Source: Aquifex aeolicus VF5
GTDB lineage: Bacteria > Aquificota > Aquificia > Aquificales > Aquificaceae
DNA length: 32,000 nucleotides
Reading direction: 5' to 3'
Assembly (NCBI RefSeq): GCF_000008625.1
Contig: NC_001880.1
Coordinates: 7,457-39,456 of the forward strand
How positions within the stretch are numbered: position 1 is the first letter of the stretch; the number at the start of each line of letters is the position of its first letter. Positions 23,749-31,555 of this stretch are shown in pieces. Below the pieces are notes generated by a model. It made no database searches, was not told where the DNA came from, and was given only the letters and a program-made list of their open reading frames with translations. The position numbers and the translations under genes were made by a program.

Positions 23749-24390
23749 TTAAGCAATATTAATTATATTACTAATTTCATTTATTAAGCTTTCAAGCTCC
23801 TCTATTGCTTTTTTATCGTTCATTTCAAGCACTCCCTTTCCTTCTTTTACAGAGTTTCTGTAAACTACTCTTGAGTGCAATCTTGAATTTAATACTCCTA
23901 CGGAGTACTGCTGTGCTAATTCTCTCAGGGTTTCCTCAGCTTCTTTCACGATGTTAGACTTTATTACTTGATTAAACAGTATATAAGCCGGGATATCTGC
24001 AAAGGTCCTTGCTTCTTGCAGAACCTTCAGGGTATCTTCTGTTGCCCATACATCGTAAACACTTGGGAGAACAGGTATTATCAAAGCTCCGTTTGATGCT
24101 GCAAGAATCGCGCTTCTGAAAACTGCACTATCTCTTCCCCCTACGTCGATAACTACAACATCAAAATTTTCAAAACCCTTAATGTCTTTGTGAATTGTGG
24201 GCTTTGTAATACCTATTGCTTTAATGTCGTCTTTTTCCCTGAGTGCCCTGAAGTTCAAACTACTTTCCTGGATATCCGCATCAATAAGTAGAACACTTTT
24301 TCCTCTGAGAGAATATCCTACGGCTAAATTACACGCAACAGTACTTTTCCCTACTCCTCCCTTCTGATTACCTACCACGATTACTTTCAT
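23749..24390 (-). CDS. parA: ParA/Soj-family partition ATPase (type Ib size)
   Basis: Deviant Walker A MKVIVVGNQKGGVGKST, then VLLIDADIQ; 213 aa. Confidence 0.9.
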   Translation of the reverse strand: MKVIVVGNQKGGVGKSTVACNLAVGYSLRGKSVLLIDADIQESSLNFRALREKDDIKAIGITKPTIHKDIKGFENFDVVVIDVGGRDSAVFRSAILAASNGALIIPVLPSVYDVWATEDTLKVLQEARTFADIPAYILFNQVIKSNIVKEAEETLRELAQQYSVGVLNSRLHSRVVYRNSVKEGKGVLEMNDKKAIEELESLINEISNIINIA

Positions 24391-24399
24391 AATGTTATT

Positions 24400-24575
24400 T
24401 ATTTTAGCAATATTTATTAGATAAGTTAGCTAACTAAAACTGATTTCAATATTTGATTATATAGATATGCCGCTTTCTATCTTTGCTTATCTAACTTATG
24501 TTGTTTAACTAATAATGATAACTTTTATTACAAAGTTTACTAACCTTAGTTAGTTACTAAAAAGCTTGAAACATT
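24400..24575. promoter_or_regulatory. Putative par promoter/centromere region with TAACTAA / ATAAGTTAG repeats
   Basis: Immediately upstream of parA. Contains AGATAAGTTAGCTAACTAA, CTTATCTAACTTATG and CCTTAGTTAGTTACTAA. Its core (24470-24560) is repeated in inverted orientation at 8854-8943. Confidence 0.55.
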
Positions 24576-24907
24576 ATGGTAAATACTTTATCAATAAAAC
24601 ATATGTTTATGAGAATATTTAAAAAGAAGATAATCAAAACGCTTTTAGGCCATATTTTAGTAAGGAGAAAGAAGAGGAAAAACCTTACGGATTTGGTAGG
24701 GGCTATTAAAGGAGGAGATAGCTTTAACGCAGTTGAGGATAAGCATAAATTATATCAAGTTTGCTAGACAAATAGCTTTAGTGGTAACGGTTGTAGGCTT
24801 TGCGTGGTGGTACATGAGAACGATTCTAAAAAATTTTTGTTAAGTTTTTTTAGAAACTCAATAATATCTTTTTCTTCTCCCGCAGAAACTTCAAAACTTT
24901 TTAGAGG

Positions 24908-25096
24908 GTTCTCATACTTATTATGTTGTCATTGAATGTGTATAAAGATTTAGGGTTTACATTAGTACCTATATTAATGTATGAGAGCTTTATTAGAAAG
25001 CCTTGAAAACAGGTAAGGTTCTCATACCTATGGGAAAACTCTAAAAAATGTGAAATTCTTGAAAATCAAAATGGTTCTCATACTTATATGAGAATC
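24908..25096. repeat. Palindrome array, family 3: GTTCTCATA-N4-TATGAGAAC (partly degenerate)
   Basis: Best copy 25074-25096 (GTTCTCATACTTATATGAGAATC). Weaker copies at 24908-24930 and 25018-25039. A right half-site TATGAGAGC at 24979-24987. Confidence 0.7.
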
Positions 25097-25176
25097 TTCA
25101 AAAAACTCATTTTTTTGAGGAATTGTTAACCTCGGTTTACAACTTTTTATTTTTCTTCCGTGTAAACCTTTCTTAA

Positions 25177-25614
25177 TCAAGTTTCAGAAAAGGGATTAAG
25201 GAGTCTAACTTTTTTGTTAAAAAGTTCCACCTCTTTATAAGGAGTGTCTTCACTAAGAACAATGGGGATGTTGTTATTAAGAGCGGAAGCTATTATTACT
25301 GCATCCCAAAATTGAAGGTAATATCTCTCTCTGAGAAAAATAGCAACTCTTAAGTCTTCACAATCTTCGTAAAGGATGTTGAACATTTTACTGATTCCCT
25401 TGATAATGCTATCTACTTCTTCGAAAGGTAAGCTATACTTTTCATGAGATATTCTGGCAAGTTCCTTGCATACTTGCGAGCTTATGTAAATTTTCCATCC
25501 ATTATGCAATAGACCACTTATGTATTCCTGCAAAAATTTCTGTTTTATTTCATCTTTATCAATCCCGAAAAAATAGCCGAGCAAATTTGTATCTATTAAA
25601 ACTTCCTTCTTCAT
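25177..25614 (-). CDS. PIN-domain ribonuclease (VapC-like), with no adjacent antitoxin ORF
   Basis: MKKEVLIDTNLL..., CKEL, FWDAVIIASAL and VLSED give the acidic PIN quartet pattern. Confidence 0.75.
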   Translation of the reverse strand: MKKEVLIDTNLLGYFFGIDKDEIKQKFLQEYISGLLHNGWKIYISSQVCKELARISHEKYSLPFEEVDSIIKGISKMFNILYEDCEDLRVAIFLRERYYLQFWDAVIIASALNNNIPIVLSEDTPYKEVELFNKKVRLLNPFSET

Positions 25615-25753
25615 GATACTCTTAACCTAAACTTTCCCTAAATTTAAGTCAAGTGTGTATAAAATCCGTGATTTACCAGCCTAATCATTATATCAATTAT
25701 AAGTTGACAGGTAGGTAAACTGACATAGTATTTATTAGAGGAGGTTTAGAAAA

Positions 25754-26194
25754 ATGGCTTTTCATATCCTACCTACTTTTGAGAGAGGAAATGAGAAAGG
25801 AGCTGTTATAGGGCGTGTAAAACACAGAAGGGAAAATCCATTAGAATACGAAATAAAGGTAGTAAAAAAAGGAAGTGTAAAAGTTTTTGTAGGAAATAAG
25901 GGAGTATTTGTTATAGAGGACGATTTAGCAAAAGAGATTATAAAAGCGTTATGGGAAAAATACGTCAGGGAAACCTACGGAAGAAGGAAGCCAAAAACGA
26001 ATAAGGAAATAGTAGAACATCCGATAGAAGTGAGAGAAAGTTTTCTTATAAATTTCTTTAAAGAGAAAGGTTTTATCACTTCATTTAAGTCCTGTATGTA
26101 TCTTATAGAAGGAACCAGTTCAGATGAATCAACTATTAAAGACTTAATACTTTTAACGAAAAAGATTAAAGAAAAGGTAACGAAAACAACATGA
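25754..26194 (+). CDS. Hypothetical protein
   Basis: 146 aa ORF with GAGGAGG before the ATG. Divergent from the PIN gene. Confidence 0.5.
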   Translation: MAFHILPTFERGNEKGAVIGRVKHRRENPLEYEIKVVKKGSVKVFVGNKGVFVIEDDLAKEIIKALWEKYVRETYGRRKPKTNKEIVEHPIEVRESFLINFFKEKGFITSFKSCMYLIEGTSSDESTIKDLILLTKKIKEKVTKTT

Positions 26195-26435
26195 AGTCAA
26201 CAAGCTCATACTAAAGGTGCAAACTTGAATCTGGAAGATTTTACTAATGGGAGAAAGTGTCGCTTCCGTTGTAAATGAACCTTTACAACTTCGCTTCTTA
26301 GTTCTCCTGAATTCGGGATAATTTTTGTTGTCCTAGTTCTTTTGTTAACATTTTTCCCAAGGGAAGTTTAAATCACCGTATCAGCTTATTAGGTATCTTG
26401 AATTTCAATCAGTTACGATTAACTTAAAAGATACG

Positions 26436-27398
26436 ATGACGTATCAAAACGGTGTTGAAGTTTTACTTGAGGAATTTCTTGATTATCTAACAAAGGAAGA
26501 AACCATATGCTCGCTGGAAATAGAAAAGTTAAAAGTTTCTATAGACGAACTTGAGAAAGAAACTGATGAGCCGAGAGTACTTCAAGGGATAAACTATTTC
26601 AGAACCGCAAAAGAAGTTTACCAACTTTCACGGAAAGCATATGAAACAAAAGAGGAAGTGGTCTCTGAAGCTTTAATACTATGGATTTATGAAAACCTAT
26701 GGAAAGGATTTAATGTTCCCAAGGGATATAGAAAAAGTGATATGGTTATTTTCGGTGCAAAATTTAGTCCTCCACCACCATATGTTGTTCCGAACCTTAT
26801 AAGAACAATAGTAAACTGGCTAAGGAATGAGAAAACAATAGATGTAGTTAAGAAATCTATTATTTTCCACACGCTATTTGAAGTTATACATCCGTTTCCT
26901 GACGGCAACGGAAGAGTGGGAAGAATACTTTTGAATGCAATCCTCGTAGAAAACGGACTCTTAAATGTTGCTTTTAGAAATAGAGAGAAATATATCTCCG
27001 CCTTGAGAGAAGCTGAAGAGGGAGCTATAGTAGTTGTTGAAAAACTATCAAGAGGAAGAAAAATAGATTATTCATCTATTACAGAAACTGTAGAGTATTA
27101 CGGAAACTTAAATGTTTTTGATGAACTAATAAGAACCGAGATGATGCACAGCTTGAAGGTATACTCAAATATAAAGCAAGTTTTCTTAACTCCAGAGGAG
27201 GCAGCAAAACTTTTAGGTTTAAAGAATAAGGATTACGTAAGAGTTCTAATCCACAGAGGAAAACTAAAAGCAGTTAAGGAAGAAGGTAAGTGGAAGATAC
27301 CTCTTTCTGAAGTTGTAAAGAACTTTGAACACAAACTGAAAGGAGAAGAATTCAAACTTGCCAATAATTTGTTCAAAGGTAAACTTAGTCCTTCTTAA
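26436..27398 (+). CDS. Fic-domain protein with C-terminal excisionase-type HTH
   Basis: Fic motif HPFPDGNGRVGR. C-terminal LTPEEAAKLLGLKNKDYVRVLIHRGKLKAVKEEGKWKIPLSEVV resembles HTH_17/excisionase domains. Confidence 0.85.
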   Translation: MTYQNGVEVLLEEFLDYLTKEETICSLEIEKLKVSIDELEKETDEPRVLQGINYFRTAKEVYQLSRKAYETKEEVVSEALILWIYENLWKGFNVPKGYRKSDMVIFGAKFSPPPPYVVPNLIRTIVNWLRNEKTIDVVKKSIIFHTLFEVIHPFPDGNGRVGRILLNAILVENGLLNVAFRNREKYISALREAEEGAIVVVEKLSRGRKIDYSSITETVEYYGNLNVFDELIRTEMMHSLKVYSNIKQVFLTPEEAAKLLGLKNKDYVRVLIHRGKLKAVKEEGKWKIPLSEVVKNFEHKLKGEEFKLANNLFKGKLSPS

Positions 27399-27438
27399 TT
27401 CCCGACAAAGTTGCTCTATCAGAAAGTTTTACCAGAAA

Positions 27439-27490
27439 GTCCTATATATAGGACAACTTTTCTACAGAGTTCTCATATCGGTATGAGAAC
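27439..27490. repeat. Two palindromes: GTCCTATATATAGGAC and a perfect family-3 site GTTCTCATATCGGTATGAGAAC
   Basis: 27439-27454 and 27469-27490, read directly from the sequence. Confidence 0.85.
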
Positions 27491-27781
27491 TTTTGCGTTG
27501 TGAACCATGGTTTACAACCTCAGGCAAGTCTTAACTGAGCTAAATTTAACCAAACTAAATTAATATACTTATGGAATATATACACGAAAGTATAAGAGAA
27601 TTCTGTTGTAAAAAGGGAGTGGGGTGTTCTAATTCTATCATTAATTCTGTCTCTTCTTGCAACATATGTGTAAACATTTTTCAAGGTAAGAAAGAAGAAG
27701 GTTTAACTTGAATTCCAAAAGCTCTTCAACTTTTTATTTTGCATCAGACATAGGAAAAAATCCTCCAAAACTCGGACCAAG

Positions 27782-28477
27782 TTAAGTAGCTTTCTTTCTT
27801 TTGAATGTTGGAAACAGAGAAAGGAAAGCCTCTATTTGTAAGAAAAGATGAGGCGGAATTTCCTTTATTAACTCTTTCCTCAACTCTTCAATCTTTTTGT
27901 TTCTGAGAAATTTAGCCGTCCTGAACTTTTCAAGACATACGTATATTCCCGCATTTGACATGTAATCAGGTTTTATAAAGTTGAAAAAGTATACTATTAG
28001 CCTCTTTCTGTCGTCGGGAGTATATCCTTTTTCCTCCAAAACTCTATACATGTAGGCAACAACTCTCGTGTATTTCGGGGCACTATACTTTTTCACGATT
28101 GGTTTTTTACTTCTTTTGTGAAATTGTTTCCTTCTTTCCCTTAACTTCGCATAAGTCCTGACAAGTGTTATTCCCTTTATAAAGTCCTTTAAATTTGGTC
28201 TCTTTCTACTGCCTAAGAAATATACTACGTCCTCCTCTACAAACTCTAAGGGATAACCATCTTTCATGAACCTTACCAGTCCTTCTTTTTTCATTTTCTC
28301 CCTTAACCACTCCTGAAGCTCCTTAAATGCTTTCTTTACACTTTTTACATCTTTTACATCTTTTATGGTTTGTGTGGTTTTAGTGTCTTTTCCATAATTT
28401 GTGGTATTACTGGAATTCCCATCTTTTATGTTATTACCATTCTTCCCATTTTCAACTTCCCGCTTTTTTCCGTCCAT
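27782..28477 (-). CDS. Hypothetical basic protein with low-complexity N-terminus
   Basis: 231 aa ORF with an N/G/K/T-rich start containing KDVKDVKSVKK. Divergent from the 9-bp repeat block. Confidence 0.5.
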   Translation of the reverse strand: MDGKKREVENGKNGNNIKDGNSSNTTNYGKDTKTTQTIKDVKDVKSVKKAFKELQEWLREKMKKEGLVRFMKDGYPLEFVEEDVVYFLGSRKRPNLKDFIKGITLVRTYAKLRERRKQFHKRSKKPIVKKYSAPKYTRVVAYMYRVLEEKGYTPDDRKRLIVYFFNFIKPDYMSNAGIYVCLEKFRTAKFLRNKKIEELRKELIKEIPPHLFLQIEAFLSLFPTFKRKKAT

Positions 28478-28571
28478 GCTAAAAATTGTATGCAGTTTTG
28501 AGGCGAAAACATATGAATAAGGTGTCTGCAGTTTGGAGGCGAGCTATATTGAATACATAATCACCATAAAA

Positions 28572-28686
28572 CATGGTAATTATTGCAAATATGGTATTTA
28601 TGGTCATTATGGTAAATACAAATTATGGTAAATATGGTAATTATGGTAAGTATGGTTATTATGGCAATAAAGGTAAACATGGTAAA
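28572..28686. repeat. Tandem 9-bp repeats TATGGTAAN, 5 + 7 units in two blocks
   Basis: Blocks 28572-28616 and 28624-28686, separated by a 7-nt phase break. They end 10 nt before the ATG of the ParM-like remnant. Confidence 0.85.
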
Positions 28687-28695
28687 AGGTATAAG

Positions 28696-29040
28696 ATGGT
28701 GTTGGGCTGGACCTTGGATTTGAACACACAAATGTAGTTGCAAATGGGAGGAAGTTTAAGTTTCCAAGCTGGATAACTTATCTTTCGAAAAGTACAATTT
28801 CGGAAGCAGAAGAGGTAAGGGTAGGCTCGGAGAGTATGGTTGTGGGGGAAGACGCAAAGTATGAACCGAGAAAGATAGAAATCAAAGGTGTCAACGCTGA
28901 TAAAGTATTCTCCCTACTTCCTCGCTTATATGGTAAAACTACTCGGCGAAGAACCAAAAGTTGTGATAAGCGATCTTCCTCTAGTGCTTAAGGACAAAAA
29001 GGAACAATACAAAGAAGTCCTCAAAAGTGTCCTCAGATGA
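28696..29040 (+). pseudogene. Actin-like (ParM/Alp-type) segregation ATPase remnant, frameshifted and truncated
   Basis: One frame gives VGLDLGFEHTNVVANGRKFKFPS (phosphate-1 DxG motif plus FPS). It is out of frame with ATG 28696 by 1 nt. A further shift occurs near 28905. It ends at 29040 after about 115 codons. Confidence 0.5.
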
Positions 29041-29060
29041 CATGTTCGAGGGATTTTTCT

Positions 29061-29274
29061 GAAGTAAGGTTTTTTGAATTTACGAAAGTAAGGCTAAAGA
29101 GGGAAGTCAAGTTGGTGAATTTCAAGGAAGTAAGGTTGAAGACAGGGAAGTAAGGTTCGTGAATTTGCAGGAAGTAAGGTTAAAGAGGGAAGTAGGGAAG
29201 TTTCGTATTGTGTGAATTCGCAGGAAGTAAGGGACAAGCGGGAAGTCTTGTGAATTTTTACCTTTTTGTGAATT
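29061..29274 (+). repeat. Iteron array of interleaved GGAAGTAAGG and GTGAATT boxes
   Basis: GAAGTAAGG-type boxes at about 29061, 29084, 29126, 29145, 29170 and 29223, with variants at 29101, 29188 and 29240. GTGAATT-type boxes at 29115, 29159, 29212, 29250 and 29268 (TGAATT only at 29075). All are in one orientation. Confidence 0.8.
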
Positions 29275-29574
29275 ACCACTTTGAAGTAGGGTTTACAGGA
29301 AAACGTAGAGTTTGCTAAAATCAGGAATATTCTGTATGCGTAAGTCTTATCCCGAAGGCAAATTTAAAAATCACGAAGTATTTAATCAATTTTTCTTCCT
29401 TTTCAGGTATATCAAATATCCTGCAAGTCCTAGATTAAATAGGAATACTAGCGTAGTTGCAATAAAGAATTTGTCAAATTCAAACATTTACTCACCTTGA
29501 AACTAGAGGCCGAAATAGTAATAGATAGTAATTTTATCCCAAATAAAGTAAAAAGTATATACTAATGGACAAAT

Positions 29575-30613
29575 TTGTAAACCTTGGTTGAGCCTGTTGA
29601 AAAAATCGTCATGACTTAGAGAATAAAGCGAGAGGAAGCCCATGTAATCCTCAAAAGGTTAAGACACAATAAAAGGAGCTTCAGAAGAAGGATCAAGTTG
29701 TAAAGAACAAACCTCCCTAGAACATACAAACTCGCAATCTCAAAGTCATAAACATTGTCCCTGTCCCCAAACCTGTTCTTAACTATCCCTATCACCTGCT
29801 CAACCCTGTACCTGTTCTTTCTATAAACCTTCCTCCTTATCTCATAATTCCTCTTAGCCCATAGCCTATACATGTTCCTAACTCTTGTATGTGCAGTATC
29901 CCTCACCGGAACTATAGACTCCATCCGTAGCTTCTTTATTTCCTCTAAAACTCCTGCAGACTTCCCATAGTAGGCATCCCCAAGAAAATACCTCGCTCTA
30001 AAGCCAAGTTCTTTGAGCATGGATCTTAGCAGCATATTCTCATCTGCATAGGATTTGCCTGTGTTTATATCCACTACTATAGCTTTGTTTCTTACAACTC
30101 CTACAAGAACTTCTGTTTTCACATGAGATTTTACATTCCTAAGTTCCTTTCCCTTCTTCCACTTGAGTTCATATGCCTGTGCATATCCAAATCCGGTTCC
30201 GTCAGCAATAAGGCAGTAAAACTCTTTTGCCTGAAGCTTTTCCATTATCTCCTTTGCGGTCCTGTGTATTAGCTCTTTGAGATAGCCCCGGTTTAGTTTT
30301 CTGAACCTGTAGTGGAGAGTGGTAAAGTCAGGTACTTTGGGGAATAGGTCTTTTAGTCTTTCTTCTAAATCTCGGAGGGAGAGGTTTTCTAAGATCTTAA
30401 TCAGTAGTGCTGCTACTATGAGGTGATCTTCGTAAACTCTGGGTCTTCCTCTTTTGTTGTACTGACTTGGTCTAATGGTATTGCATATTTCCCTGCTTTT
30501 GGTTAATATCAGTTTTATCAATTGCTTGTTATTTCTTGTTCTCATTCCCTTCCTTCTACTTCTTCTCTTCCACTGTGTCAAGATTTTTTAAACGGGCTTA
30601 CCTTGGTTTACAA
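29575..30613 (-). mobile_element. IS element (IS4/IS5-superfamily type) with imperfect terminal inverted repeats
   Basis: Left end TTGTAAACCTTGGT at 29575. The right end reverse complement is TTGTAAACCAAGGT, ending at 30613. Encloses a single transposase ORF. No clear target duplication seen. Confidence 0.7.
29616..30581 (-). CDS. DDE transposase (DDE_Tnp_1 / IS4-IS5 type)
   Basis: 321 aa with LIADGTG, FLGDAYYG and YRKNRYRVEQVIGIVKNRFG, a D, D, E pattern with the Y-R-E signature. Confidence 0.8.
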   Translation of the reverse strand: MTQWKRRSRRKGMRTRNNKQLIKLILTKSREICNTIRPSQYNKRGRPRVYEDHLIVAALLIKILENLSLRDLEERLKDLFPKVPDFTTLHYRFRKLNRGYLKELIHRTAKEIMEKLQAKEFYCLIADGTGFGYAQAYELKWKKGKELRNVKSHVKTEVLVGVVRNKAIVVDINTGKSYADENMLLRSMLKELGFRARYFLGDAYYGKSAGVLEEIKKLRMESIVPVRDTAHTRVRNMYRLWAKRNYEIRRKVYRKNRYRVEQVIGIVKNRFGDRDNVYDFEIASLYVLGRFVLYNLILLLKLLLLCLNLLRITWASSRFIL

Positions 30614-30695
30614 TTCCTGGAAAACAAAAAGGAATGACTTTCTAAGAGTGACGAATCGGTTTACATTAGGAAATACATATTAAGGATAAGTAAGG

Positions 30696-30944
30696 ATGAA
30701 GATAGCTAAGCTTACTAAGAAGGGACAATTTACCATACCTACGGGATATAGGAAATTATTAGGAACTTATATAGTTGAAATAACCTATGAGAAAGGAAAA
30801 GTAATAATTAAACCTGCTAAGAAATTGGGAGGAATTCTACATAAATACGCTATCCGGGACAGGTCCATAGAAGAGATAATGAAAACTGAAAAAGAGGCAA
30901 TAGGCGATGGCCTCGCGGAAAGGGGAAAAAGAGATAATTGTTAA
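30696..30944 (+). CDS. vapB: AbrB/SpoVT-type antitoxin (copy B)
   Basis: 82 aa with 6 substitutions relative to copy A, all in the first 53 residues. Confidence 0.8.
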   Translation: MKIAKLTKKGQFTIPTGYRKLLGTYIVEITYEKGKVIIKPAKKLGGILHKYAIRDRSIEEIMKTEKEAIGDGLAERGKRDNC

Positions 30945-31321
30945 TGCTAATGTAATCCTGCGATATCTACTTAAAGACCACAGGAAGCTGTATAAAGAGG
31001 CTGAGGAGTTATTTAATAAGATACTCTCCGGAGAACTAAAAGTTTTTATCCCACAGGTAGTGATAGCCGAAATTGTTTATGTTCTTCAAGAAAGTATATA
31101 AAGTTGATAGACCTACTATATCACAGGTACTTATAGACATACTGGAACTTAGGAATGTGAAAATTGAAGATAATGAGCTCCTTATAGAGGCTCTAAAGAT
31201 ATACTCTAATAAGAACTTAGACTTTGTAGATTGCCTTCTTTGTGCGTATTCTAAGAAATACAAAGTTGTGTCCTTTGATAAGGGAGTAAAGAAGTGTACA
31301 AATGCCTTAACTATAGAATGA
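30907..31321 (+). pseudogene. vapC: PIN-domain VapC toxin split by the same frameshift (copy B)
   Basis: ORFs 30907..31101 and 31073..31321 are identical in protein sequence to the copy A ORFs. Confidence 0.75.
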
Positions 31322-31555
31322 TTGCTTTAAGCCTTTGATTTTCAATATGTTTATAAAGGTATATTTACCAATCTATTGATTTTCAAATATCAAACTTCTT
31401 TGTCCAAGAAGTTTGGAAAAATAAATCAAAAGGAGGAGGTAGAAAAATGCTAAGAAAACTCTTCTTTCTCCTCATTTTCCTGAGTGCAATCACACTTGCA
31501 GTTCCAGAAGAAGTTTGAGGTTTGATAATCAATATGTTTATAAACTTCTGGCAGG

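Noticed and set aside
24576-24767. 63 aa plus-strand ORF next to the par promoter region
   Set aside because: No SD, very basic low-complexity sequence, and no paralog or motif. It is left unannotated, although a small basic protein cannot be excluded.
28561-28743. 60 aa minus-strand ORF, and a possible plus-strand (Y-G-x)n repeat peptide
   Set aside because: Both arise from the 9-bp tandem repeats. The plus-strand frame is broken by the 7-nt phase shift and has no start. The minus-strand product is low-complexity I/T/H-rich.
29094-29279. 61 aa minus-strand ORF
   Set aside because: It lies entirely within the iteron array and is a repeat-driven, low-complexity peptide with no SD.
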